The notes beneath the pieces are model-generated. The model did no database searches and had not been told where the DNA came from. It was given only the letters and a program-made list of their open reading frames with translations. The translations under genes and the position numbers were made by a program. A DNA stretch of 64,000 nt from Bacteriovoracia bacterium (lineage in GTDB: Bacteria; Bdellovibrionota; UBA1018; CAIPTA01), in the NCBI GenBank assembly GCA_050246755.1, contig JBFWVL010000001.1, positions 736,001-800,000 on the forward strand, written 5' to 3'. Shown piece after piece: positions 1 to 11,393 of this stretch (position 1 is the stretch's first letter; each line of letters begins with the position of its first letter).

Positions 1-2
1 AT

Positions 3-263
3 TTCGTGATCCCCGGCAACGACGACGCGATCAAATCGATCCGTCTGTTTTGCTCGCTTGTTTCCGAAGCTTGCATCGAAGGAACCGCTAAGTTCCAAGA
101 GAAACTCCGCGCGAACGAAATCCAAGAAGAGAAAGAGGACACGAACACCGCTCCTGTTTCCCGCTTCGAAGGACACGTGGATCTCGTGAGCCCCGATGAA
201 GCCGAATTGGCCATGAAAGCCGCTGAAGAAGCAGCTAAGGCCAGCGAAGGAGAGAAGGCCTAG
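3..263 (+). CDS. rpsB: 30S ribosomal protein S2, C-terminal part (truncated by window start)
   Basis: IPGNDDAIKSIRL S2 signature; directly upstream of tsf. Confidence 0.95.
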   Translation, partial: FVIPGNDDAIKSIRLFCSLVSEACIEGTAKFQEKLRANEIQEEKEDTNTAPVSRFEGHVDLVSPDEAELAMKAAEEAAKASEGEKA

Positions 264-274
264 CGCCTTCTCTC
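250..274 (+). terminator. Hairpin over rpsB stop codon (possible attenuator or processing site between rpsB and tsf)
   Basis: GAGAGAAGGC-CTAGC-GCCTTCTCTC 10-bp stem followed by pyrimidine-rich tract. Confidence 0.5.
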
Positions 275-309
275 TTCACTCATTCATTTAATTCTTTTAA
301 GAGGAAATT

Positions 310-1682
<1,373 letters not shown>

Positions 1683-1693
1683 TAGGAGAAACG

Positions 1694-2248
1694 ATGAAAG
1701 AAGTAATCCAGAAATTCGAACAAGAAAATTCCGCTTCCATCAAATCGCTCAAAGAGCATTTGGGGAAAATCCGCACTGGCCGCGCCAACGTTTCGCTGCT
1801 CGACGGCGTGATGGTCGACTACTACGGAACTCCCACGCCCCTAAAGCAAGTGGCCAATCTTTCCACGCCAGATGCCCGCACCGTGCAAGTACAGGCCTGG
1901 GAGAGCTCGATCCTTGGCGCGATTGAAAAAGCCATCATCGGCGCAAACACGGGCCTCACCCCGATGAACGACGGCAAAATCATCCGCGTTCCCGTGCCCG
2001 CTCTCACTGAAGAGCGCCGCAAGGATCTCGTGAAGCAGGCAAAAAAAATCGGCGAAGACGCGAAAGTCGCGATCCGCAATAGCCGCCGCGAAGCCAACGA
2101 AACCTTGAAAAAGCAGGAAAAAGATAAAGCCATCTCGGAAGACGAAGCCAAGCGTGGCACCGAGGAAGTGCAGAAGAAGACCGACTCGGCAATCGTGGAA
2201 GTGGATAAGATCCTCGCCGATAAAGAGAAAGAAATTATTACGATCTGA
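1694..2248 (+). CDS. frr: Ribosome recycling factor
   Basis: IRTGRAN, YYGTPTPL, LTEERRKDLVK motifs; SD AGGAG. Confidence 0.98.
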   Translation: MKEVIQKFEQENSASIKSLKEHLGKIRTGRANVSLLDGVMVDYYGTPTPLKQVANLSTPDARTVQVQAWESSILGAIEKAIIGANTGLTPMNDGKIIRVPVPALTEERRKDLVKQAKKIGEDAKVAIRNSRREANETLKKQEKDKAISEDEAKRGTEEVQKKTDSAIVEVDKILADKEKEIITI

Positions 2249-2269
2249 GCCAGGCTCAGATCTCGGCCG

Positions 2270-2971
2270 ATGTCGAAATTACCCCGACATATCGCGATCA
2301 TCATGGACGGAAACGGCCGGTGGGCCGAAAAGCGTCGGCATAACCGCGTTTTCGGCCATGCAAAAGGCGTGGAAAGAGCGCGCGAGATCACCCGTGAGTG
2401 CGCCAAGCTGGGCGTGGAAGCGCTCACGCTTTATACCTTCTCTACCGAGAATTGGCAGCGCCCCGAGCGCGAAGTGAACTTCCTGATGAAGCTCTTGCTT
2501 CGTTACCTGAAGTTCGAAACCAAAGAATTGATCGAGAATAACCTTCGCTGCCGGGCGATCGGCTTCACGCATATGCTGCCCAAAAATATTCAGAATGAGC
2601 TGCAGCGACTGCAGGAAGCCACCAAGAACAATACCGGGATGTACCTGAACATCGCGCTTTCCTACGGCTCCCGCCAAGAGCTTACCGAGGCGGCGCGAGC
2701 GCTGGCCGTGGACGTGGCCGAAGGAAAAATTCGGCCTAGCGAAATCACCGAAGCCCATTTGGCGGCAAAGCTTTTCACCAAGGAGTCTCCCGACCCGGAT
2801 CTGCTGATCCGCACCGGCGGAGACCAGCGGATTTCCAATTTCTTGCTCTGGCAGTCGGCCTACGCGGAACTTTATTTTGCCGAAAAGTGCTGGCCGGATT
2901 TCGGGGTGGAAGACCTGCACCTAGCGCTCGCCAGCTTCGCCCGCCGCGAGCGCCGTTTCGGAAAGGTATAA
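2270..2971 (+). CDS. uppS: Undecaprenyl diphosphate synthase
   Basis: HIAIIMDGNGRWA, FSTENW, DPDLLIRTGG..RISNFLLWQ. Confidence 0.97.
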   Translation: MSKLPRHIAIIMDGNGRWAEKRRHNRVFGHAKGVERAREITRECAKLGVEALTLYTFSTENWQRPEREVNFLMKLLLRYLKFETKELIENNLRCRAIGFTHMLPKNIQNELQRLQEATKNNTGMYLNIALSYGSRQELTEAARALAVDVAEGKIRPSEITEAHLAAKLFTKESPDPDLLIRTGGDQRISNFLLWQSAYAELYFAEKCWPDFGVEDLHLALASFARRERRFGKV

Positions 2972-2978
2972 GCCTGCG

Positions 2979-3800
2979 ATGAACCTAGAACATAAAAAAC
3001 GCTGGATCGCCGCCGTAGTGGGCGTGGCCTTCTTGGCCTCGATCTATTTCTATTTCGGGCATTACGGGCTCGTGGGAATTACCGTGGCGATTGCGGGCGT
3101 GGCCTATTCCGAATTTCTAGATTTTTCCAAAAGTGTGGATGGGCTCGTTTCCCGCTGGGTCATTTCTACTCTCGGCGCCTTGCTTTGCTTATGGCTTAGC
3201 CTGAATTGGCCAGCCGCCCTGCCCGCCATCTACGTGATCGCGTTACTCATTTCCCTTCGTGGCCTGCTAATGGCCCACCGCTTAGCTCCAGGAGAGAGCT
3301 TACTGCCAGGATTTCTCGCGGTGCAGGCGCGTGTTTTCGGTCTCGTTTATTTCTGCGTATTTCTCTCCTTCGTTCCTAAGGTGCATTCGCTTCCCCATGG
3401 CCCCGCGCTTTTCGTATTTTTACTCGGTATCATCTGGCTCGGAGACACGGGCGCCTACTACGGCGGAAAAACCTTCGGGCGCAAGAAGCTTTCTCCTGTC
3501 GTGAGCCCCGGTAAAACGCTCGAAGGTTCCCTCTCGGCTTTGCTGGCGTGCACCATCTTCGCCATTGGCCTGCAGATCTACGCTCTGCCTCATATTTCGA
3601 TGGAAAAAATGATTGCCATCGCGCTGCTTGGCTCCCTAGTAGCGCAAGCGGGCGATCTAATTGAGTCGCAAATGAAACGAGCCTACGGAGTGAAGGATAG
3701 CGGCACACTTTTACCTGGTCATGGTGGAGTATTCGACCGTTTCGATAGCCTTATCTTGGCCGCGCCGTTCTTCTATATTCTCGCGCGTCTTCTCACTTAA
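2979..3800 (+). CDS. cdsA: Phosphatidate cytidylyltransferase
   Basis: SPGKTLEG, KDSG..LPGHGGVFDRFDS; multiple TM segments. Confidence 0.96.
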   Translation: MNLEHKKRWIAAVVGVAFLASIYFYFGHYGLVGITVAIAGVAYSEFLDFSKSVDGLVSRWVISTLGALLCLWLSLNWPAALPAIYVIALLISLRGLLMAHRLAPGESLLPGFLAVQARVFGLVYFCVFLSFVPKVHSLPHGPALFVFLLGIIWLGDTGAYYGGKTFGRKKLSPVVSPGKTLEGSLSALLACTIFAIGLQIYALPHISMEKMIAIALLGSLVAQAGDLIESQMKRAYGVKDSGTLLPGHGGVFDRFDSLILAAPFFYILARLLT

Positions 3801-3865
3801 GACGAGCCGCGTAACACGCCCTAAGTTTAGAAATTTTTTAGGCACTGCTGTGCTAGAATTTTCCC

Positions 3866-5602
3866 ATGCCGCAAATCATTTCGCACCTGCTTGGAACCCT
3901 AGAATATGTGTTCGCCATCGTAACTCTTCTGGGCGGCGTGATCGCCGTCCATGAGTTCGGACACTTCATCTTCGCCAAATGGGCGGGAATCCGCGTAGAC
4001 ACTTTTTCCATCGGCTTTGGTCCTAAGCTGTTTTCGAAAAAATGGCACGAAACGGAATATTGCCTCTCGCTGGTTCCATTGGGCGGCTTCGTAAAAATTT
4101 ACGGCCAGGATCCCGAGGAGCTCGTGAACGATCCCACGCCTACTCCCGATCGCGCGTTCGTGAAAAAGTCCCTTCCGCGCAAGCTCAGCGTTCTCTTCGG
4201 CGGACCGCTCTTCAATTATTTTCTCGCCATCTTGATCTTCGCTTTTTTGGCGGTAGTAGGCGTGCAGAAGTTGCCGTCGATTGCTACCCGCGTGATCGCC
4301 GAAACTCCTGCCTACCAGGCCGGCTTACGCTCGGGCGATTTGATCCTCAGCATCGACAATCAATCCACCCGCACTTTCGATGACGTGCTCGACGTGATCG
4401 CAAAAAACCCGGAAAAGACCCTGCGCTTCTCCATCCTGCGCGAAGGCGTTCCCGCCGAGCTGAACATTAAGGTGCAAAAAGAACACGCCCTCACTCCCTA
4501 TGGCGAAGAATCGATCGCGGGAAATCTCGAAGGCCTAGATCCCTTGGCGCGCGAGCCGGTAGTAGCCGTTTCGGCCCCCCAGCACCCCTGGGGATTCAAG
4601 TCGGGCGATCGCATGCTGGAAGTGGAAGGCGTGCCGGTAAAATCCTGGGAAGAGTTCGAGAAAAATATCGTGCGCTTACTCGCGGCTCCGCCCGAAAAAA
4701 TGCACTTCAAAGTGCAGCGCGGAACGGAAACCCTGGCCCTTGAATCCTCCAGCCTGCGGCCCATTTTGCAGAAATTAACCCGCAAGCAAGACGCGAATGA
4801 TTTCCTCGACGCGGCCGGCTTATTCAGCCCCGAGCTCTTCATCCAGGAAGTGGTGCGCGACGCTCCCGCTTACGATGCCGGCATCAAAGAAGGCGACCGT
4901 CTCGTTTCTGTGAATGGCCATCGCGTGTACAGTTTCGAGCACCTCCGGAATTTGATTCAGAATACCGGCGAAGAAGTGGCGAAGGCCGCCAAGGACGCCG
5001 GCAAAGAACCCGTATTCTCTCAGGCCGTACGCATCGCCGTAGACCGCGGCGGAAAACAGCAGGAGCTCATTAGCTCGATCCGCTCCACGAAGGGTAAAGA
5101 TCCGCTGGGCCAAACCATCGTGACGTACACGATTGGCATCCTTTCGGCCGGCAAGCCGATGATGCCGCCGAATCTCTTGATCGAGCGCACACTGAATCCC
5201 GTGAAAGCCCTCTGGATCGGCGTCTCGGAAACCACCGAGAATACCGTGATGACGGTAGTGGGCCTCAAGAAACTTCTCACCGGCGAAGTAAGTGCCAAAA
5301 CGATGGGGGGCCCCATCGCGATCGGCAAGATTGCGGGCGACACTTTCTCCACTCGCGGCTGGCGTGATTTCCTACGCGTGATGGCGATCATCTCGATCAG
5401 TCTCGGCGTGTTCAACTTGATCCCGGTTCCCATCCTCGACGGTGGGCACATCGTGTTTGCGATCATGGAGTCGATCCGCGGGCGTCCGCTTTCAAACGGC
5501 GTACAGCAAGCCTTCCTCAAGGTGGGTCTCTCGCTCATTCTTTTGCTGATGGTGTTTGCGCTTTACAACGATCTCTCGCGAGTGCTTCCTTTCTCTTTTT
5601 AG
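3866..5602 (+). CDS. rseP: RIP metalloprotease RseP with three PDZ-like repeats
   Basis: HEFGH and NLIPVPILDGGH motifs; three G(L/F/I)xxGD PDZ-type segments. Confidence 0.95.
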   Translation: MPQIISHLLGTLEYVFAIVTLLGGVIAVHEFGHFIFAKWAGIRVDTFSIGFGPKLFSKKWHETEYCLSLVPLGGFVKIYGQDPEELVNDPTPTPDRAFVKKSLPRKLSVLFGGPLFNYFLAILIFAFLAVVGVQKLPSIATRVIAETPAYQAGLRSGDLILSIDNQSTRTFDDVLDVIAKNPEKTLRFSILREGVPAELNIKVQKEHALTPYGEESIAGNLEGLDPLAREPVVAVSAPQHPWGFKSGDRMLEVEGVPVKSWEEFEKNIVRLLAAPPEKMHFKVQRGTETLALESSSLRPILQKLTRKQDANDFLDAAGLFSPELFIQEVVRDAPAYDAGIKEGDRLVSVNGHRVYSFEHLRNLIQNTGEEVAKAAKDAGKEPVFSQAVRIAVDRGGKQQELISSIRSTKGKDPLGQTIVTYTIGILSAGKPMMPPNLLIERTLNPVKALWIGVSETTENTVMTVVGLKKLLTGEVSAKTMGGPIAIGKIAGDTFSTRGWRDFLRVMAIISISLGVFNLIPVPILDGGHIVFAIMESIRGRPLSNGVQQAFLKVGLSLILLLMVFALYNDLSRVLPFSF

Positions 5603-5603
5603 C

Positions 5604-6275
5604 ATGGAGCTACTGCACCTCGCGATCGACACGTCCACCTCGAAGCCCGCCGCCGCCCTTCTCCGCGGCGAGCAGGTGCTGCACGAGTGGATCGGCCCCG
5701 AGGGCGTGCGCCACCACGAAACGCTGCTCGCCGGCGTGAACGAGTGCCTCGAAAAATCCGGCTTTCCGCTCAACGATCTTGCCTACCTCTCGGTGGGTGT
5801 AGGTCCCGGCATGTTCACCGGCTTAAGAATCGGCATCACCACCGCAAAATTTCTAGCCGATCCGCTGGGCATTCCCTGCGTGGCCGTTTCTTCCTTGCTC
5901 GCCCTCGCTTACCAGTCAAAACGGCTGGAAAAAGACGTGGTATGTGCGGTGAGCGACGCGAAAGCCAAGCGGGTATACGCGCTTCGCCTTGCTCCCGGGG
6001 AAGCGCCACCCGACTGGAGCGCGCCGGCCGGAGAGGAAATTGCTTCCACTCCCGAAGAGGCCGCCCGTTTAATGAAGCCCGGAGATTTTCTGATCGGTGA
6101 AGGTGCGCAAATTTATCGCGAACTATGGCCACTCGGGGTGCAATTGGCCGCCGCCCCCACTCTCTCCGCGGCGGCCGTAGGAATTTTGGGGGCGAAGCGC
6201 TACGCCCTCGGCTTCACCACGAGCGCCAATGATATTCAACCTACCTACCTAAAAACCGGGCAAGGCCACCTATGA
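5604..6275 (+). CDS. tsaB: tRNA t6A biosynthesis protein TsaB
   Basis: LAIDTST, GPGMFTGLRIG, C-terminal PTYL; start set at ATG 5604. Confidence 0.92.
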   Translation: MELLHLAIDTSTSKPAAALLRGEQVLHEWIGPEGVRHHETLLAGVNECLEKSGFPLNDLAYLSVGVGPGMFTGLRIGITTAKFLADPLGIPCVAVSSLLALAYQSKRLEKDVVCAVSDAKAKRVYALRLAPGEAPPDWSAPAGEEIASTPEEAARLMKPGDFLIGEGAQIYRELWPLGVQLAAAPTLSAAAVGILGAKRYALGFTTSANDIQPTYLKTGQGHL

Positions 6276-7963
6276 CCAAAACGAAACCTTCCTACAAAGT
6301 CCTAATCGATCTCACCGCACCGAAAACCCACCGCGCCCGGATCACGATCGAGAGCGCCGCCGAAAATATTCCCGGCCTCCTGCAGTTTCCCGTATGGACC
6401 CCGGGCTCCTACCTCGTGCGCGAATATTCGCGCCATATCACCCGCCTGGATCCGGCCGATAAGATCGCCAAAAACCGCTGGCAGCTTAGGGGAACTCCCT
6501 CAAAAGTAACCTACGAGGTATACGCATTTGAAAGAACCGTGCGCACCTCGTTCGTAGACGAAAATTATATCACGCTCGTAGGCGCTACCCTGCTCCCCCT
6601 ACTGCACGCTCCTTTCGAAGTGGAAATTCGTCTACCCAAGCACTGGCAAATGCTTTCTTCCGCGCTCAAGTTCCGCAAACGTGGCCCCGGCCGCTGGACT
6701 GCGCTCGTGAACGACGACGACCAATGGATCGATTGCCCGATCGTGGCGGCCGCACCGGGATTCGGCAAGACCTCCTCTTTTCGCTGCAAAGGCATTACCC
6801 ACCATATCGCGTGGGTGGGCCTCAATTGCGAAAGGGAAATGAAGGACTTCGAGAGCGCTTTCCGCAAAATCGCGGAAACCACCATCGATTTCTTCGGGGG
6901 CGCGCCGTTCAAGGAATATTGGTTCCTCCTTCATTTCGGCCATAAGATCTACGGCGGCCTCGAGCACCGTGATTCCCAGCTCTCGCAGTTCGACGGCGGC
7001 GTGCTCGGCGATAAAAAGAAATGGGAAGATTTCTTACGCTTGATCGCCCACGAATACCTCCACGCCTGGAACGTGAAGTCGCTGCGCCCTTTCGCGCTCG
7101 GCCCCTTTAACTACGAGGCGGAGAACTATACGCAAGACATCTGGTTCGCCGAGGGCCTCACCGATTATTTCGATGATATGCTCGTGTGGAAAGCCGGCCT
7201 GATCGATGACAAAGCCTATTGGACCGAGCGGCTGCAAGACAGCAATGAACTTCCCGACGGTAATCCGGGCCATCTCCGCCGCTCGATCGCGGAATCCAGC
7301 TTCGATGCATGGATCCGCTACTATCGCCCTGATGAGGATAGCGTGAACACCGACGTGAGCTACTACTCCAAGGGCGCGACTCTCGGCTGGTGCTGGGACG
7401 CCTACCTCACGAAACGATCCAAGGGAAAATGGACTTTGGCGAAGCTCATGCGCGCGTACTGGAAAGAATTCGGCATCGACGCCTACGAGCCGCTTAAACA
7501 CGCCAAGCCGGGTTATACCCGCGACGATCTCTATCGCTTCGCCGAGGAAAAAACGAAGATTCCTCATCGCGCTTTGCTCGAAAACTGGATCACCGGCCGG
7601 CGCCCCTTGCCCTGGAAAGAGGCGGCAAAAACTTTTGGATTAAAAATCTCTCCCAAAACCAAAGATGCCTTTCTGCACTTTACCGGCATGCAGTTGCAAT
7701 TCAAGCCTGGAGCTACCGCGCAAAAAGTACTTTCGGGTAGCGCCGCCGAGGCGGGAGGCCTCGCACCAAACGATGAGATTCTCGCGGTGGAAGGAATTCG
7801 CGTCAGCGATAGCGAAAAGTTCAATCTCGCGCTGGCGAAGCGCTTTACCCGCGGTGGATCGGTGAAGCTGTTGGTCTGCCGCCTGGATAAAATCCTGGAG
7901 AAAATAATTCGCCCGCGCTCCCACGCCGAAACCGGGATCGAATACGTGCTGGAGAAGTTTTGA
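6272..7963 (+). CDS. M61 family metallo-aminopeptidase with C-terminal PDZ
   Basis: PVWTPGSY, GGLEH, HEYLHAWNVK, WFAEG, SYYSKG motifs; PDZ-like C-terminus. Confidence 0.9.
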   Translation: MTKTKPSYKVLIDLTAPKTHRARITIESAAENIPGLLQFPVWTPGSYLVREYSRHITRLDPADKIAKNRWQLRGTPSKVTYEVYAFERTVRTSFVDENYITLVGATLLPLLHAPFEVEIRLPKHWQMLSSALKFRKRGPGRWTALVNDDDQWIDCPIVAAAPGFGKTSSFRCKGITHHIAWVGLNCEREMKDFESAFRKIAETTIDFFGGAPFKEYWFLLHFGHKIYGGLEHRDSQLSQFDGGVLGDKKKWEDFLRLIAHEYLHAWNVKSLRPFALGPFNYEAENYTQDIWFAEGLTDYFDDMLVWKAGLIDDKAYWTERLQDSNELPDGNPGHLRRSIAESSFDAWIRYYRPDEDSVNTDVSYYSKGATLGWCWDAYLTKRSKGKWTLAKLMRAYWKEFGIDAYEPLKHAKPGYTRDDLYRFAEEKTKIPHRALLENWITGRRPLPWKEAAKTFGLKISPKTKDAFLHFTGMQLQFKPGATAQKVLSGSAAEAGGLAPNDEILAVEGIRVSDSEKFNLALAKRFTRGGSVKLLVCRLDKILEKIIRPRSHAETGIEYVLEKF

Positions 7964-8601
7964 GATCGGAAATTCTCTCACTGAACATCGGCCATCCCGC
8001 GCCCATGGAATGGCGGGGAAAATCTATCCTTTCTTCCATGCGTAAAATGCCGGTGCCCGGCCCGCTCTTAGTGCATCGGGACCGCATCGAAGGCAATTCC
8101 TTCGCGAATCCGACGGCCCATGGTACCCCAGATTTCCTGCTCTACGCCTACGGAATGCCCTCCGCGCTTAGCTTCGTGAAGAGAATCGGCTTAGATACCT
8201 ACGAGCCCGGATCCTCCGGCGAAACCTTACTGCTCGATGACTTCGACGAAACGAAGATCAGCGTGGGCGATATATTTTCCTTCGGCGCGGTGATCGCGCA
8301 GGCCTGCTTTCCGCGGATTCCCTGCGGAAAAGTGAACTTTCGCATGCGGCACGAGGGCGGCCAGCGGGCGATGCAGGAATGCGGCCGCAGCGGCGTTTAC
8401 CTGCGTGTTTTGCAGCCAGGAAAAATTCACTCTTCCGATACAGTGAAGAAAATAGAAAGCGCGGCCCACGTTTTTTCTATCTTTGAAGTGTACCAGCTGG
8501 TGTTGAGAGGGGAAAAGCCGACGGCCGAGCAAATGGAGCGAGCGCAGGCGAATGGAGCCTTTCCGCAAAAATTCTTAGACCGCTGGCTCAATTCTAACTA
8601 A
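7960..8601 (+). CDS. MOSC-domain protein (YiiM-like)
   Basis: GE(T)L, VGDIF, PRIPCGK, GRSGVYLRVLQPG motifs; TTG start overlapping upstream stop. Confidence 0.85.
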   Translation: MRSEILSLNIGHPAPMEWRGKSILSSMRKMPVPGPLLVHRDRIEGNSFANPTAHGTPDFLLYAYGMPSALSFVKRIGLDTYEPGSSGETLLLDDFDETKISVGDIFSFGAVIAQACFPRIPCGKVNFRMRHEGGQRAMQECGRSGVYLRVLQPGKIHSSDTVKKIESAAHVFSIFEVYQLVLRGEKPTAEQMERAQANGAFPQKFLDRWLNSN

Positions 8602-9742
8602 AAGATCCCGATAAAATTTCGAAATGAGGCGCTGGCCTATCCGTAGGAGGCAGCGCCACGGTGCGCACGGTGGAGAGATCGTGCGGCGCCAGAAAATGCA
8701 GCTTATTGTGCGTCGTGGTGGCTAAGTAGAGATCCGAATTAGGGTCCAGCCCGACGCCCATCGGCTCCTCGTCGCCGAAGTCCCGCTGGCACAATAAGGC
8801 GCTCGAATCGATATTCCACTTCGACACCCTTCTCCCTTTCATGTGAGCCACCAACACCGCCCGGCGCCCCTCGTCGATCTTCACCGTTAAGCTCAGGCGC
8901 ATTGCCTCCGCAAGCGCGGTGGGCCGCGCTTCATGCCAGTCTTTTTTAAAGGGTGAACCGAATACTACCGGGGTACTGAAATTATCATTCGCGATTTTGC
9001 CGTTTAGCGTTTTATTTATCCAAGCACGGGTAGAAATCACCAGCCGGTCATCGCTCGTCTTGTCTATATGGCAAAGAGAATGGAACTCATTTTTTGCAGA
9101 GATAGTATCCAGGATTCTACCGGAAGTGGCGTCGAGCAGGGTGAGCACTCCGTCTTTGTATGGCTTATCCAGCGCCACGACTCTTCCATAGTGTCCCACG
9201 GCCAGCACCGCTCCGCCCTTGAGGGGAATAATGTAATGGCTTTGCGCTCCGCCCGACGAAAAACTGCCGATCTGCTTCCAGGTTTTCGTCTCGAAGCGCC
9301 GAACGGACCCATGCGCGGTTTTCTCGGCAGGATACTCGGCAAGGTAGAGAATATTTCCGTCGGGAGAAAAACAGCCGTGGCCGGAAAATTCACCGCCCGC
9401 GTTTGCGCGAATCTTCGCTATGCTTTTTTTCTTTTCTAAATCTACCACGGAAACGAGGGGGCCGGCCTGGTCGATCAATACGGCAAATTTTTCTTTATGG
9501 CCAAGCACCGAGTGCCCAAACTCATTTTCTATATCCATCAAAAAATTTTTCTCGGTGGCCAGATCTAGAATAGCTAATTTCTTGGGTTGAAGCTGCAATA
9601 GGGAGCCATGGGCTTGGTTGGCGCGTTTTTTTGCGGAAAAGCGGGCGGCCTTTGCCAATACCTGCCCGGGAAATGGAAGCAATGCCAGCCCGCCGGCACA
9701 TAAGGTGATTTGCTGCAAAAATCTTCGGCGATCGATTTGCAT
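8594..9742 (-). CDS. Tat-exported beta-propeller protein, DUF1513-like
   Basis: DRRRFL twin-arginine signal; FSGHGCFSPDG motif; SLCH motif; propeller-like repeats. Confidence 0.7.
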   Translation of the reverse strand: MQIDRRRFLQQITLCAGGLALLPFPGQVLAKAARFSAKKRANQAHGSLLQLQPKKLAILDLATEKNFLMDIENEFGHSVLGHKEKFAVLIDQAGPLVSVVDLEKKKSIAKIRANAGGEFSGHGCFSPDGNILYLAEYPAEKTAHGSVRRFETKTWKQIGSFSSGGAQSHYIIPLKGGAVLAVGHYGRVVALDKPYKDGVLTLLDATSGRILDTISAKNEFHSLCHIDKTSDDRLVISTRAWINKTLNGKIANDNFSTPVVFGSPFKKDWHEARPTALAEAMRLSLTVKIDEGRRAVLVAHMKGRRVSKWNIDSSALLCQRDFGDEEPMGVGLDPNSDLYLATTTHNKLHFLAPHDLSTVRTVALPPTDRPAPHFEILSGSFS

Positions 9743-9771
9743 AGCGAAAGCTTACGCCAAATAAGCGGGAT

Positions 9772-9801
9772 TTGACACTACGGTGAATCCCGACTTAAAA
9801 C
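9772..9801 (+). promoter_or_regulatory. Sigma70-type promoter of deoC (probably leaderless)
   Basis: TTGACA-N18-TAAAAC, 6 nt before ATG, no SD. Confidence 0.55.
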
Positions 9802-9807
9802 TCCTTC

Positions 9808-10563
9808 ATGGCAAAAATCACTCTTCCGTCCCCCTCGCACATTCAGTCACTTTTACAGAAGAGCAAGGCGGGCACCCCGGTCGGCGCGGAAGAGCTGCGT
9901 TGGCTGGCTCCGCTCATCGACCATACCCTGCTAAAACCCGACGCCACCGAAGAGCAAGTGCGCCAGCTTTGCGCCGAGGCGCTACATTTCGGGTTTGCCA
10001 CCGTATGCGTCTATCCAAAATTTCTTCCTCTTTGTGGGGAGCTGCTTGCTGGATCCGCCGTTCTGCCGATCGCGGTCATCGGATTTCCCACAGGGAAAGA
10101 GTCTACCGAGCAAAAAGTCTCGGAAGCCAAAGATGCCGTGGCTAAGGGGGCCAAGGAGATCGATATGGTGCTTAATACAGATTTACTAAAGGCGCGTTTC
10201 CTGCGCCCGGTATACGGCGACATCCGCAAAGTAGTCCAGGCCGCCGGGCAGGTGCCGGTGAAAGTAATTCTCGAAACCTGCCTCCTCAGCAATGAGGAAA
10301 AAATCCTGGCCTGCGCTTTAGCCAAAGCCTCCGGAGCGGCTTTCGTAAAAACCTCCACTGGCTTCGCGGCGAACGGCGCCACTGTTGCGGACATCGCCCT
10401 GATGCGAGCGGCCGTGGGCTCAGATATGGGAGTAAAAGCCAGCGGAGGGATCCGCTCCACCGAAAATGCCCTGGAAATGATATTAGCGGGGGCTGATCGC
10501 CTCGGCGCTTCGGCCAGCGTGGCCATCGTGGGCGGAAAAAGCGAAACCGGGGCCGGTTACTGA
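9808..10563 (+). CDS. deoC: Deoxyribose-phosphate aldolase
   Basis: IDHTLLKP, VIGFPTG, VKVILET, FVKTSTGF, VKASGGIR. Confidence 0.97.
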   Translation: MAKITLPSPSHIQSLLQKSKAGTPVGAEELRWLAPLIDHTLLKPDATEEQVRQLCAEALHFGFATVCVYPKFLPLCGELLAGSAVLPIAVIGFPTGKESTEQKVSEAKDAVAKGAKEIDMVLNTDLLKARFLRPVYGDIRKVVQAAGQVPVKVILETCLLSNEEKILACALAKASGAAFVKTSTGFAANGATVADIALMRAAVGSDMGVKASGGIRSTENALEMILAGADRLGASASVAIVGGKSETGAGY

Positions 10564-11393
10564 CCCGGCTTTTCCTGAATTTCTTTATAAAGCCGGCCCT
10601 GCATCTGCGCGATATTCACGAGAAAGCCCAAACCTACCTTGCCTTCGGCTAAATCCTTCCGCAGCAAGGCATTGCGCAATTCCGTGTCTAGGCGGCCGTA
10701 AAGAATATCGGCGCGGGAACGGCTGTTTTTGGCGGCACCCACCGCCTGCTCGCGCTGGTGGTAAAATGCCAGCGGCTCCTCGAGAAACGGAACCTCGAAC
10801 TTCTCGAAAAGACGCAGAGAAAAATCCCAGTCTTCGAGTGGGCCTAGGTGCGGGGAAAAAACTCCGGTCTCCGCGAGCACCGCACGGCGAAAGAGCAGCG
10901 CGATGGGGGGAAAAGTAAGGCTTTCGGCCAGGCGAAAGAGAGAGATAGCATCCTTCTGCCAGGCCTCGTAGGGAACACGGGAAATTTCTATGGCCTTTCC
11001 GTTCTCTTCCCTCTCGGTCACTAAAGTCGACTGGGTCACGATGGCGGCCGCGTTTTTTATTTCGGCGATCGTGCGCTCGAGGAACCGCGGATCCCAGGAA
11101 TCGTCGTCGTCGTGAATCGCCACGAACTCCGAATCGGCGATTTCGAGCCCGGCGTTGAGGTGCTTGCCCGTCCCACGCCCCTCGGAAACCGAAAAATTCA
11201 CCAGCTTCAGTCTATCGCCGAGCGCCGGCCGGTACTTTTTTAGTATGCCCTCGAGCACGTTGCTATCGCCGGCATCATTGATAATTACGAGCACCCAGTG
11301 CGGATCGGTCTGCGCGAGAACGCTCTGCAGCCCCCGCTCCAGGTAGAAGGGACGGTCCTTGGTGCGCATTAGGATCGCGGTTCGGGCTTTCAT
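10557..11393 (-). CDS. Glycosyltransferase family 2
   Basis: RTKDRP..LQSVLAQT, INDAG, HDDDD, EDWDF; start at ATG 11393 with ATGA overlap. Confidence 0.88.
   Translation of the reverse strand: MKARTAILMRTKDRPFYLERGLQSVLAQTDPHWVLVIINDAGDSNVLEGILKKYRPALGDRLKLVNFSVSEGRGTGKHLNAGLEIADSEFVAIHDDDDSWDPRFLERTIAEIKNAAAIVTQSTLVTEREENGKAIEISRVPYEAWQKDAISLFRLAESLTFPPIALLFRRAVLAETGVFSPHLGPLEDWDFSLRLFEKFEVPFLEEPLAFYHQREQAVGAAKNSRSRADILYGRLDTELRNALLRKDLAEGKVGLGFLVNIAQMQGRLYKEIQEKPGQ

Noticed and set aside
3841-3853. GGCAC...TGC upstream of rseP as a sigma54 promoter
   Set aside because: GG-N9-GC spacing rather than the required N10; better explained as extended -10 TGnTAGAAT.
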